Origin: Octopus vulgaris
Taxonomy: Eukaryota
DNA: 64,000 bases
Assembly (NCBI GenBank): GCA_951406725.2
Contig: OX597822.1
Span: forward strand, 46,190,001 to 46,254,000
Reading direction: 5' to 3'
Of this stretch, positions 13,556 through 26,869 are shown piece by piece. The position numbers were made by a program, and so were the translations under genes. Below the pieces are notes generated by a model. The model searched no databases. It was not told the origin of the DNA and saw only the letters and a program-made list of their open reading frames with translations. Within the stretch, counting starts at the first letter, position 1. Every line of letters starts with the position of its first letter.

Positions 13556-13830
13556 CATGCTGAAACCTCTGGACCACAGATATTTTACCTCCTCTCTTTG
13601 CCTTTTCTACTGCTACGATAATGACCTCTGTTCTTTGGATCTGATTGAGCATGTACCACCTCTGTGGAGGCCGTCCCAGTTTAGTCTTCTCTTCTCATCA
13701 CCCTTGTTATTCACAATTCCATCAACAGTCCTTCTTTCCCAGAACATCAGGTCTCTGGAACTCTATCCCCGCCAACATTCTACCCCCACACCACAGTGTG
13801 CTCATGTCTTTCCAGCTAGAAGTCACTTGC
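13556..13830 (+). pseudogene. CR1/Jockey-group LINE RT C-terminal fragment
   Basis: LKPLDHRYFTSSLCLFYCY..CSLDL, then frameshifted QQSFFPRTSGLWNSIPANILP (SFFPRT..LWNSLP motif). Confidence 0.75.
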
Positions 13831-14372
13831 AATGGTTCAACAGAAATATTGATTTCAAATTTTGGCACAAGGCCAGCAATTTCCAAGGAGGAGAGGGTAA
13901 GTTGATTAGATCAATCCTAGTGTTCAACTGATACTTATTCTATCGACTCAGAAAAATAAACGGCAAAGTTGACCTCGGAAGAATTTAACAGCATCAATCT
14001 CAGCAATCTCAGAGAGGACTGCTAAAAGCCATGAGCTGTACCCCTTTCTCTACATCCAACAACAACAAACAAACAAAAAAATATTTGCTGCTAGTCACAT
14101 TAGACATGTGCACAAATATATAAATATATATGCATGCATATATCGTTGCCAGTGCCACTGGACTGGCTCCTATGCAGGTAGCACGTAAAAAAAACACCAT
14201 TTGAGCATGGCCATTGCCAGTACCACCTACTCTCGGAGTGGTTAGCATTAGGACGGGCATCGAGCTGTAGAAACTCTGCCAGATCAGATTGGTGCAGCCA
14301 TCTGGTTTGCCAGTCCTCAGTCAAATCGTCCAACCCATGCTAGCATGGAAAGCGGACATTAAACGATGATGA

Positions 14373-14422
<50 letters not shown>

Positions 14423-14552
14423 TATATATATATACACATACACACACACTATCATCATCATCATTTAACATTTACTTTTCATGCTGGCATGGATACACAC
14501 ACACAAACGCACACACACACACACACACACACACACTCTCTCTCTCTCTCTT

Positions 14553-14588
<36 letters not shown>

Positions 14589-16540
14589 TTTCTCTCTCTC
14601 TCCTTCAACCATCCTTGTGGAATATTGTGTTCCCTTCTGTTTCCAGAAGCTGCAATTGAAGCCTGTCATATTCACAATAATCGTATCTTATCTTACTGCT
14701 TAGACATGTCACAGTACAGCCAACGTAGTGTTAGCAAGGATAGAAAATATTTTCCCACACTGCATTTATTATGCAATAAAACAATGTGAAATTCATTTCC
14801 CATGTTGTTTTGGTAGGATTTATTATTTGCACAATATCAAATGGGTTAAAAATTTCAATATGATATAATTTGAAGAATCAATTTGGAAACCAATCAGAAG
14901 TGTATTTGATTTTGAGAAAGTATAATTTCAGAATAAATAAAGCCACTTAACACTAGTTTTCCATCAGACAATAACAGAAAAAGAGACAAAGTTTATGGCT
15001 AAAGGCTCTTTAAGAGCAACGGTCTAAATTGGAATGATTTTTAATTAAGCTAAGTTAAAAGAAAGCAGTCATACAATAAATACATTGTCAACAAACAGCA
15101 GTTAATCATTCAAAATAAAATTTAAATACTACTGTGAATAATGATGACGGTAATGATGATGATCTTTTCTTTATTGGCAACAAGAGCCCAAAGACAAAAA
15201 GTAACAGCAGAAAAAGACAAGATAAAAACAACAACAGTCACTTCTGTCATAGGTACAAAGCCTGAAGAGGTTAGTCAATTACAGCAACCCCACTACTCGA
15301 ATAGTATGTTATTGATCTTATAAAGATGACAGATAAAGTTGACCGCAGTAGAATATGAACTCATAATGTATGGACAAAATTTTTAGCAGCATTTTGTCCA
15401 TTGTGCTAATGCCTCTCCCAGCTCACTGCCTTTTTATAATTTTAATAATTATTATTAACATTCTTCTTCTTCTTATTCTTCTCCTTCTTCTTTGTTGTCA
15501 TTTAACATCCGCTTTCCATGCTAGCATGGGTTGGACTGAGGACTGGCAAACTAGATGGCTGCACCAGGCTCCAATCTGATCTGGCAGAGTTTCTACAGCT
15601 GGATGCCCTTGCTAACACCAACCACTCCAAGACTGTAGTGGGTGCTTTTACATGCCACCAGCAGGAGGGCCAGTCAGGCAGTACTGGCAACAGCCATGCT
15701 CAAATGGTGTTTTTATTATTATTATTATTATTATTATTGTTTCTACTCTTGGCACAAGGCCTTAAAAATTTTAGGGGAAGGGGAGGCGAGACAATTACAT
15801 CAACCCCAGTGTTCAACTGGTACTTATTTCATCAATACCAAAAGGATGAAAGGCAAAGTCAACCTCAGCGGGATTTGAATACAGAATGTAGCGACGGGCA
15901 AAATACCACAAAGCATTTCGTCCAGTGCACTAATGATTCTGCCAGCTTGTCACATGATGATGATAAAAAGCTATGATGGTGAGGATGGAGAACATACAAG
16001 GGTTACTTGTGACAGTTTTAATTTGTTTTATGTAATGAAATCAAACACACTGCTGATTCCCCCATTTCGGGCATAAATATATTGATTTGATTTTTTTGAA
16101 AGGGAAAATGTTAAATTTGATGCAATTATTTAGATTTAAATGGCATTTATTTTTCTTTTGCTTTTATTTTAATTTCTTTCCTATTTTTTCTTTCTTTCTT
16201 TCTTTTTTTTTTTTTTTTGAAGTTCTTTTGTGTTCAATTTCAATACAAATTTGGATGTTTTTCCAATTCCAAGTATGTTTCTATGATCATTGTAGCAAGT
16301 AAGGTTTTATGTTTATTTACCACCGGATTCATAGATTTCCTACCATTACATCACTTTCCCAAGCAAGACAGACAGACAGATTATTACCTATGTTACTGTA
16401 AACTGCTTACAAACAAGGAGGATCGAACAATGTGCTGGAAAGAGCATTTAAATGAAGTTTTCAGTAAGCCAATTCCAGCAACTACCTATGAAATGGGGCA
16501 ACAAATCAATCACAATCAAACTGAATATCAACACTGGTGA

Positions 16541-16915
16541 TAACTGGCTCTCCGTCAGTTACAGCAATGAGGGTTCCAGTTGATCAAGCCGATAGAACAA
16601 CTTGCTCATGAAATTAACACACAAGTTGCTGAGCACCTCACAGACATATGTACCCTGAATGTAGTTAACTGGCTCTCCGTCAGTTACAGCAATGAGGGTT
16701 CCAGTTGATCAAGCCGATAGAACAACTTGCTCATGAAATTAACACACAAGTTGCTGAGCACCTCACAGACATATGTACCCTGAATGTAGTTAACTGGCTC
16801 TCCGTCAGTTACAGCAATGAGGGTTCCAGTTGATCAAGCCGATAGAACAACTTGCTCATGAAATTAACACACAAGTTGCTGAGCACCTCACAGACATATG
16901 TACCCTGAATGTAGT
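16541..16915. repeat. Perfect 3 x 125-bp tandem repeat
   Basis: Units start at 16541, 16666 and 16791; no differences seen by eye. Confidence 0.95.
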
Positions 16916-17111
16916 TCTCTGAAAGATTCAATGTGACAAGAATGGGACAAGGTTGGCCCTTTGAATTACTAGAACAACTCATTTTTGGCAGCTGAGTAGA
17001 CAGGAGCAATGTGAAATAAAGTGCTTTGTGCAAGGACACAACATGCTACTGGAAATCTAACTTAAGATCTTATGATTGCAAGCCAAATATCTTTAACCAC
17101 TAAAGTTTTAC
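16543..17111 (-). mobile_element. CORE-like SINE with triplicated 3' end and 12-bp TSD
   Basis: TSD acactggtgata at 16531-16542 and 17112-17123; CORE-like gtccttgcacaaagcactttatttcac; tail shared with the 12200 SINE. Confidence 0.8.
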
Positions 17112-17341
17112 ACACTGGTGATATAATAACAGAAGTGGACAAGGTGACAAATTAAGTACCGGTTGTGTACTGAGGTTAATCAAATCAACAGGACCCCTAC
17201 CCAAAAATTTCAAGCCTTGTACCTAGAGTGGAAAAGAATATACAGTTTGAGGAACAACAAAGCAGTTGGCATGACCAGGAAGAAGTTGTACAATATCTGA
17301 CACATCTGTTCAGTCTTATTTGGTAGCAAGATCTACTAGGT

Positions 17342-17960
17342 CAGCGTTTCTCAACCAGGGTTCCACAGAAGGTTCCTAGGGGTTCCACAAGAAAGAGTGA
17401 GATAAGCTGACACTAATTTCATGATTGTAATATTACTACAGACGCACAACATATTATTGGTTATTGTAATATTTTAATATAAACATCATCCTATCTAACC
17501 TATTAGGTTATCAAATAAACAATTATTATAATTATATACTGTTGTGTCTGAGGAGAGTCATTTTCTTTTAGTGCCTTATAATTTAACACAATCACCAGTA
17601 AAATTTCCACTTATTTCCTTCTTTATTTTTCTAAGTGAGTGTGTTAAATTATAAGGCATTAAAAGAGAATGACTCTTCCCAGACACAACAGAATATGCTT
17701 CAACGCACAAACTCACATAAAGAATCTTGCAAACCAAATCCAAAAATGAAATATAATTATCTACACACACACACACATATAGATAGATAGATATAAAATT
17801 GTGTGTGTGTGTGTATATATATATATACATGATATTTACCACGTGAACTACGATGAAAAACCATGAAAGATATGTATATAACTTTTTGGGTGTAGGGGTT
17901 CCTTGAGACATGCAATCTATTTTAAGGGTTACGCAAGGGTAAAAAGGTTGAGAAACACTG
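17342..17960 (+). mobile_element. Non-autonomous hAT (Charlie/Buster-like) element
   Basis: TIRs cagcgtttctcaacc / ggttgagaaacactg; 8-bp TSD tactaggt / tactagat; ggggttcc subterminal repeats. Confidence 0.88.
17539..17691. mobile_element. Fold-back MITE nested in the hAT element
   Basis: ~57-bp inverted arms ctgttgtgtctgaggagagtca...ttaacacaatcac / gtgagtgtgttaa...cagacacaacag; TA at the left junction. Confidence 0.82.
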
Positions 17961-18934
17961 TACTAGATGATTGGAGACATCAATTTCCATCTACCAAATC
18001 CACTCACAAGGCTTTGGTTAGCCTGAAGCTATAGTAGAAGACGCTTGCCCAAGTGCCACATGATGGGACTGAACTCCAAAACCATCTAGTTGAAAAGCAA
18101 GATTCTTACCACGCAACCAGCTGTACTGTCACTAGGCCAGCAAGTGAGCTTCTATGTGTCTATGTTCACCAATATTCTCAACTGTATTCTGAAAGTCAGG
18201 AAACCTTCCTTCAACTACAACAACCACCCATTAAACCACCAATATGCCTGCTCCTTCTCTGTTAAAGTAGGGGTTACCTATTTATTGTCATCACCATCAT
18301 TACTGACTGTCTATTTTCCATGCCGGCATGGGTTGGACAGTTTGACAGGAGCTGGCAAACCAAAGCGCTTCATCAGGCCCCAATTATCCATTTTGGCAAT
18401 ATTTCTACGCCAACCACTTTACAGAGTGTACTGGGTGCTTCTTACATGGAACCAGTATGGGCTATTGAAAATTCTGAATCAGTATAAGCCACAAGAAAGA
18501 TAGGAAATTTTGCTTAACATTGCTTATCGAGTAGATGAAAGAATAGAAAATGTTTGAGAACATATTTGAGAATGTAGTCTTAGATATACAAAAGAAAAAA
18601 TAGCCCAGAATTGTCATGGCTGGAAGGCCTCTGATCATGGCTCTACACAATCAGAGCTAACATGGATGGGGCTAAATAAGAAACTTTCAGCTGCAACAGC
18701 AAACACTAAGGTGTGAAGATATCCCTTTTTTTTCCATCAATTTTTCTATGGCCATCAAAATTTATGAGAGGAGTAGGAGATAAGTTCTGCACCTGTGTGT
18801 GTGTGTGCGTAGTGCTCAATTAAAGAAAATAGTGTTCATGGTAGTGGTGGTGATGGTGGTGGCAATGGTGGTAGTGGTAGTACTATAGGCTGAAGTAACA
18901 TGTTGGAAGGTTATGAACAAGTTGTTGCTGCTGT

Positions 18935-19150
18935 TGTTTTTAGCTCCAGGTCAGACTAGATTGAGAAGACCAATAGTCAAAAGCATTCCAGCAGGGACCA
19001 TCCAGTGCTCCTCCCCCTGCCCCTAGTATATCTTGGACTGCATTATTCAATGTTTTCTTTTTAATCTTTAAGACAGTATTCTACAATCAGAAGAAGATTT
19101 GGCTGCTACTTCTAGCTAGTCAAACAACCACATAGAAGCTTACTTGCTGG
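18935..19150 (-). repeat. Unclassified dispersed repeat (family E)
   Basis: Motifs cagcaaatct, ataatgtagtc, ggtcatggctggaa..ctttgatcat and gctaaacaacaac recur near 4900, 8270, 18600, 37370, 37640, 52300, 60570 and 63850. Confidence 0.5.
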
Positions 19151-19795
19151 CCTAGTACAGCTGGTGATGGTGGTGTAGAAGTCTGAGGTGATAATACTGG
19201 TGGTAGTTGACAGTTGTATTTTGGTTGTGATAGATTGGTCAGGGTAGCAGCAGAGGTGGTGATAGTTTGGGCTGTGGTTGTGGTAGTAGTAATGATGATT
19301 GTGGTGGTGAGAAGGATATAGCTTGCTTATGGGTGTGATGGTTCACTGGTATGTGACAATGGTTGGTCACTTAAGTTCTGGATCATGATAGCTGCAATAG
19401 TGGTTGGTAGTGATGGTGGTGGTGATGGTGGTGAAGGGAGAAGGGAAAAGGAGGAAGTGGTGGTGATTCAGGTCATGGGATCATGGTGGTGGTGGTGGTG
19501 GTGAAAAGGGGGAGGAGTGGCAGTAGAGAAACAAAGGACAAAAACAGATGATTAATTTTTCCTCTGCCAACCAACCATGAGAGTGAGTGAGAGGGAAAGA
19601 GTGAGAAATAGACAGTTGGGGAGAAAGTGTGAGAGAGAGAGGGGAGTGGGAGAGAGAGAGAGAGAGAGAGAGATTTGTAATTAACTTATCTATTTCTATG
19701 TTAATAAATTTCTCCATTTGTAATACAAGGAACACTGCTATACATATGGAGAAATGATTGAGAGAGAAGTACAGTGAATCTATTTTAAAACTGAT

Positions 19796-19874
<79 letters not shown>

Positions 19875-20067
19875 GGGTAGGTGATGATGGAGTGATAGTC
19901 TTCAAACTGCATATTTATATGTTGTATGAGAGAAAGAAGTGGAAGAGAACAACAGGAGGGAGGGAGGGAGAGAGAGAGAGGTGGCAGTAGAGTGAGAAAG
20001 TGTATGTGTTTATGTGGTGAGACAAAAGATGGAATGTATATATGTATGTGTAGATAGTGACAGAACA

Positions 20068-20109
<42 letters not shown>

Positions 20110-20360
20110 TGTGCGTGTGTGCGTGCGTGCGCGCAGCACTGATGTATGAGAGCGCTTTGCTATGTTTGCGTTTAGGGTATGCGAGTAGGTGTTTAAACAA
20201 ATGAGATGGTAGTTATGTGTATGAATACTTGTATACATGTAGGAGCATTTTAATAAGCTTATATATATAAATATATATATATGTATATATATATATATGG
20301 TACAAACTTGTTCGTGTGTGTGACTATGACAGCGTGTTTCAGATGAAGGCTTCTATATGA

Positions 20361-20402
<42 letters not shown>

Positions 20403-20549
20403 CATTGTGTCAGCACACAAGCTCTGAGATTGTACAAGTGTTTGAGTAACACTATGCTTTCGTGCATGAGAGAGAAAGAGACAGAGAGGAAGGGAGAGTG
20501 ATACAGAGAGTGAGGTAGCACAGGGTATATACATTATATTTTTATAAGG

Positions 20550-20598
<49 letters not shown>

Positions 20599-21469
20599 TA
20601 AGTGTATGTCTTTTGTAAAACTGTGACTCACAAAGTGAGAGAGAGAGAGAGTGACAAATAGACAGACAGACAGATAGACAGACAGACAATGATGAAAGAG
20701 AAAGTCCATTGAAGGGTTTTTTTTCTTTTGCCACTTTAACATACTTTTAAGAACTGGACTTCCATATATTTATAATGACATAATGAATAACAACATTCAC
20801 TAATTGCACACTACACCATACCCATACAGTGTCCAATATGCCAGACCTAAATTGGCTGTTATTCCCATCAGATAGTCTACCACCCAATATGTCCAAATGC
20901 ACATTATGCACTCCTACCTCCCAGTGTCCAGGATTCAACACTCCCAAGAAAGTACCATGTGACAACCATGTGACCTCATACCATCAGCTATGCTTACCAC
21001 CCACCCCCATAGCCCAACTGTCCACAATACTTCCTCACCAGAATAGACATCATGGCTACCTTCAGTATTAACCTCCTCCACCATCCCCACCCCACCCTGT
21101 GTCCACCATATCCTATAGCCAACAGTTGAGCTTGACCACCACTTCCTGATATGGTTCCACCCTACATATTAGCAGCATTTCTGAAATGTTTGATACAGAA
21201 CTCTGTGTGTGTGTGTGTGTGTTTGTGAGAGAGATCATCATCATCATTGAACATTTGTTTTCCATGCTATGGATTGGATGGGTTTTGACAGGATCTGATG
21301 AGCCAGAGGGTTAGGTTGAACTCTAGTGCCAGCTGGCATGAAAAAAGCATGCAGTACATGCTCTAAGATAGTTGGCATTAGGAAGGGTACCCTGCTGTAG
21401 AAAACTTATTATACAGCACCATCATCAGTGCTTTTTACGTAACTTCAGTGTCAACAGGGTCAACAACCC

Positions 21470-21800
21470 TGGGAAAAATTGTCTGGCAGCAGAACCAACT
21501 CTTGTCTATCCTTGAAGATGAATGGAAACTACAGTGCAGCTTGAATGCAAGAAGATTCAACAAGTTGCACCCTAATACTTTCTATAAAGAGAGTGAAAAA
21601 TGACAAAGCAGGGGCATGGATAAAGGAAGACCAAGACATATGAATGTTGCAACAGACTGGAAGGTGCTGCTTGTTGATTTGAAGGAAACACTCATGCTTC
21701 CAAGTCATGCGGCAATAACAAATCAAAGATCTGATTTTATGGAATGGCCTAACTTCACAGCAGCAATTCATAGACTGGACAATGAAACATAACAGAAAAG
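21470..21800 (+). pseudogene. Possible RLE-type (HERO/NeSL-like) retrotransposon endonuclease remnant
   Basis: WQQNQLLSIL, then MNVATDWKVLLVDLKETLMLPSHAAITNQRSDFMEW, resembling WRHNQVL...DW.L.VDL...FP.HI..T..RPDIV.W. Confidence 0.45.
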
Positions 21801-22718
21801 GCTTTATCATGGAACAGAGGCACAAGCATGCTGGAGTCATATAGAAACTTGCTTCCTAACCATGTGATCTCAAGTTCAGTCCTGTTGAATGGCACCTTTG
21901 GGCACATGTGTTCTACTACAGCCCAAGGCCAAGCAAAGTCTTGTAAGTGGATTTTAAACTGAAAGAAGCCCAGTGTATGTTTGTGTGTGTCTGAGCACAC
22001 ACACATGTCTATGAATGTGCACGTATGTGTGTGCATGTATGCATGTGTGTGCATGTATGCATGTGTGTGCATGCATGTGTCCTCATCTTGTGATGTATCA
22101 TGTACCAAAAGCATCCAAGAAATATTGAAGTATTGATGTGATTTCTCTATGCGATTCTTTAACAAAGAGTATATAACTGCCTGGATCAATTTAGAAGTGG
22201 GCACAGCAAATGTTCCCTATACTATATGTGTTGGAAATGAAGGATCATCCTGAGGGTCAGCTCCAATACAACTAGGAAAGTGATTTTGGAGGTCACCTCT
22301 AAAAGAAAAGGGAGATTAATGGAAACAGTCATGTTCACAGCAGCCAATAAAAAATATGTGATGATTGCAAACAAGTATCACAGTCACATAAGCTATGTTG
22401 CTAATTTCTATGTCTGCTCATGGTGAAATATTACCTTTCTTGGAAACAGGTGGCAGTTGGCAACAGGAAGGGCATCTGGCCTTAAGAAATCTACCTCAAT
22501 AAATACTGCCTGACCCACTGCAAGCATGGAAAAGTGGATGTTAAATGAACTAAAGAATGAAGTGATGATGGATATGATAACAGCATGTGAAGGGGAGATA
22601 GGATTAGGGAAGAAAGAATAAATAATCAGTAGGTATCATTACATTATAGGTACAAATGTGGCTGTGTGGTCCTGACCACATGGTTTCAGGTTCAGTCCCA
22701 CTGCATGATACCTTTAGC

Positions 22719-22888
22719 CAGTACAGTACAGTCCAGGGGTTCCGCAAGAAGTTACAAAATTGCTAAAATCGACAGTAATTTTTAATTCTCCTGTGCATAA
22801 GACAATTAAATTATTGCACAGGGGTTCCTCGAGCCAGTGAAATGTTTCCTTGGGGGTTCCGCTTCAGCAAAAAGTTTGAAAAGCACTG
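22719..22888 (+). mobile_element. Deleted hAT/Charlie-like element inserted in a SINE A head
   Basis: Right TIR aagtttgaaaagcactg and ggggttcc repeats; flanks cctttagc / ccttaaga duplicate the SINE ccttgggc site. Confidence 0.65.
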
Positions 22889-23039
22889 CCTTAAGAAAGT
22901 GTCTTCTACTGTAGCCTTGGGCCACCCAAGACTTTGCAAGTGGATTTGGTAGATGGAAATTGAAGAAGCCCAATGTGTATGTGTGTGTGTATATATATAC
23001 ATACATACATACATACATACATACATACATACATACATA

Positions 23040-23448
23040 GGTGCAGGAGTGAGTATGTGTTAAGTAGCTTGCTTTCCAACCACATGGTTCCGGGTTCAGT
23101 CCCACTTGGTGGCACTGTGGGCAAGTGTCTTCTACTATAGCCTCGGGCTGACCAAAGCCTTGTGAGTGGATTTGGGAAACAGAAACTGAAAGAAGCCTAT
23201 TGTACATATGTGTGTGTATATATATATATGTGTATGTGTGTGTGTCTGTGTTTGTTCCCCTCACCATCGCTTGACAACCGATGCTGGTGTGTTTATATCC
23301 CTTTAACTTAGTGGTTCAGCAAAAAGAGACCAATAGAATAAGTACTAGGCTTACAAAGAATAAGTCCTGGGGTTGATTTGCTCGACTAAAGGCAGTGCTC
23401 CGGCATGGCCGCAGTCAAATGACTGAAACAAGTAAAAGAGTAAAAGAG
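23040..23448 (+). mobile_element. SINE family A reference copy (tRNA head, CORE-like domain, microsatellite, tail)
   Basis: B-box gggttcagtccc; gggcaagtgtcttctactatagcc; internal TA/TG tract; tail ccgcagtcaaatgactgaaacaagtaaaagagtaaaagag. Confidence 0.9.
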
Positions 23449-24037
23449 ATACATATCAACATATGTCTTCATGCCTGTGTTTGTCCTCCACCACAATGGC
23501 CAAGTGCTTGACAAGTGGTGTTGTGTTTACATCCCCGTAACTTAGTGGTCCAGAAAAAGAGACCGACAGAATAAGAATCATACTTAAAAATGTAAGTACT
23601 AAGGGTGATCTGTTCACCAAAAATTCTTCAAGGAAGTGCCCCAGCATGGCCACAGTCTAATGAATGAAACAAGTAAAAGATGAAGCTAAAAGAAGAGGCA
23701 AGTTGCCCTAATGGATAAGGGAAGGCAAAAACCACACTGGAGTATGTGTCAAAAGAATCCAGACATTCTCTGGTTGCATCAATGCTACTTGGCAATGCTA
23801 AAACGAGTGATACTATTGCAAGGTGCCAAAATCATTGTGATCTCCAGCTGATAGCAGACTGCGTGTATGATCAGCAATGTAAGTTAAATGTAAAGTAATA
23901 TATATATATATATAGTTATGTGTATGTGTGCAGGTGTATGTGCATGGAGGTGGGGCCGGGAAGAATGTTTGTGACTCAAGAACACAAGGTCATTGACTTT
24001 TTTTTTCCAAAACTACATTTACAAATGCTCAAACTTG

Positions 24038-24072
24038 ATGATAATAATAATAACAATAATAATAATAATAAC

Positions 24073-24145
<73 letters not shown>

Positions 24146-24165
24146 TCAATAATAATAATAATAGC

Positions 24166-24211
<46 letters not shown>

Positions 24212-24237
24212 GCAATAATAATAATGATGATGATGAT
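24038..24237. repeat. Long (AAT)n microsatellite
   Basis: Direct reading; source of the poly-N/I/L ORFs. Confidence 0.97.
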
Positions 24238-24284
24238 TTCAGACACATATATGTTTCATAATACATTATATATATATAAAATAT

Positions 24285-24318
<34 letters not shown>

Positions 24319-24333
24319 AATATTGTGTATATA

Positions 24334-24369
<36 letters not shown>

Positions 24370-24376
24370 GTATATA

Positions 24377-24417
<41 letters not shown>

Positions 24418-25044
24418 CATACACACACACAATTATATACTGATATATATAAATATATATATATATATGAAGAAAAATAGAATTCCTATACACCAGCATT
24501 GAATAAGAAAGAGTACCAGTGAGGACAGTGGCAGCAGCATTGCAACAGGGAATGATGATGACATGAAAAGAAAGAATTATGCTACTTTATATGTGTGAGG
24601 GAGGGAGAAAGAGAGAGAGAGAGGAAGAGAGAATGTGTGTGTGTAATGAGGAGGAGGAGGGGGAGGACAAGTGTAAGTACATAAAGTGTTTAAACAACCC
24701 TCCTCTCCCGTCACCCACACCCCAACCCAGCTTCAACCAACGAAGAAGACAATTACGGAGAATTAATCATGGTACAGAATCAATTTTTACAGACACCCTT
24801 AAGCACCGCCACTGCCACCACCGCCGCCGCCGCCACCACTGCTGCTGCGGCTGCCGTCACCGTTGCTATATCGTCACCGTTGCTATATCGGCACCCTCAC
24901 TACTCTGCTGTTGTCAGCCGTCAGCACTCCTGTCAGCATCATCGATAGACAGAGAGACAGACAGAGATTCCTTTGTGGTATATTGATTCATCAATGCATC
25001 TAAGTTGGTATGTCAACAGATTAAAACACAAAGATGAGCCTAAC

Positions 25045-25535
25045 TACACATACATACATACACGCATTCATATACACACACACATATAGAAATACAAACA
25101 TACATGCACGCAGACGCACACACATGCATTCATACACACATATAGGTACAAACATACACACAGACATATACAAAAAAGTGCAGACACACATGGACACATA
25201 CACACAAACATATGCATTCGTACACACACATAAATGCACAGAAATATACACATGTACACAAACGCACATATACATATGGACATACACAAAAGATGCAGAC
25301 ACACATGGACACATACACACAAACATATGCATTCATACACACACAATTGCACACAAATATACACATGTGTACACAAATGCACACATACATATGAACATAC
25401 ATAAAAAATGCAGACACGCATACATGCACAAATACACATATCCGTACAAACACACATTCATTCATACACATACAAATACAAATACACGCATGCAAAAAAA
25501 AAATGCAAACACATGCAGACATACATCCACACACA
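25045..25535. repeat. CA-rich minisatellite with 115-bp period
   Basis: gcagacac anchor at 25180, 25295 and 25410. Confidence 0.8.
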
Positions 25536-26329
25536 TACTTACACTAGCAGATATATTCAGGCATCAGATTATACGTAAATAAAGAAAGAAAACAAATGCA
25601 ACCAGCAACGAAAATACTATGTGAATGAAAGCAACATTGTGAGAGAGAAGGAGTCGAACAAACAAGAGAATTAGCAACACAACACAATGAAACTTAGCAA
25701 CATAGCAGAGTCAGTGGATCAGATTAGCAAGATTACATAGCAAATGGGATTAGCAACAGAATGCAACACAACAGCTAGCAAAACCATGATCACAACCAGC
25801 AAGAAAACACCTGCAAGATCACCATGACTACCAGCAACATAACTATTCAACTCATTACAGCTAATATCTTTCATCATCACCACAACTACTACTATTACTA
25901 CTACAAACACAAGTCATCACCACCACCACTATTACTACTACCATCATTATCCCCACTGCTACCACCCCACCTCTACAGCACCTATGAATGCCACCACTAG
26001 ATCCCAAACAGTAACTTTCAAACACAATCACCACCATTGACAAAAATATCACCACCACTACAACAACACTATCAAACACAAGAGCTATCACCAGGACACA
26101 CTATTCTTAATAAAAGCTACCATCTCTACAATTTTATAACCACCAACTACCAGAACTGATAGATCAACTTTTAGTTGGGTATCATCAACTACTGCCACTA
26201 ACCCAGATTTAAAACCTCAAAACACAATGACAAACTATATCCACAAAGTGCACCTTACAAAATCAGAGGCTGCACACACATACACACACGCGTGCACACA
26301 CAGCTTCATAAGCTAATAACAAGTGTTCC

Positions 26330-26630
26330 CTCAGTTAAGGCAACTTGGGTTCCAGTTGATCTGATCGATGGAATAGTCTACTCATGAAATCAACATACAA
26401 GTGGCTGAGAATCTCCAAAGACATGTTTATCTTTAACGTAGTTCTTAGGAAGATTCAGTGTGATACAGAATGTGATAAGGCTGATCCTTTGAAATACATG
26501 TACAACTCATTTTTGCTGCCAGCTGAGTGGACTGGAGCAATGTGAAATGAAGTATCTTGCTCAAGAACACAATACACCACTGGAAATCAAACTCATGACC
26601 TTAGGATCATGACCCAAATACCCTAACTAT
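26330..26630 (-). mobile_element. CORE-like SINE, same family as 16543-17111
   Basis: Colinear with a single-tail version of 16791-17100. Confidence 0.8.
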
Positions 26631-26869
26631 GAGCAGACTTTCTGAATGATATACCAACAAAAAGCATAATCTTGAATGTTTTAAGCAGGGTGGCACACCT
26701 AATGATAAGCGATATCTCGTGTGGCTGGCCCACTTCTAAAAAAAAAAAAGGCTGCCCATGTCTGAGTTACAAAATTACTCACAGGATATACACCTCACAG
26801 GCACCACAAAAGTTTTTTCTGTCTACAACCTTTTTTGCTCTAAATCATGTTAGGTGACATACTACAACC

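Larger units (their letters stand above)
16400..17290 (+). pseudogene. RTE LINE fragment interrupted by SINEs
   Basis: LLTNKEDRTMCWKEHLNEVFSKP at 16400-16475 and IYSLRNNKAVG near 17238-17270 resemble the RWxEHF..LLN and LKNNKAPG motifs. Confidence 0.55.

Noticed and set aside
12191-17123. Shared ggtgata in the TSDs of two related SINEs as target specificity
   Set aside because: Only two cases and the elements are in opposite orientations; likely chance.
23920-24428. Poly-N/I/L ORFs
   Set aside because: Stop-free frames of the (AAT)n tract.
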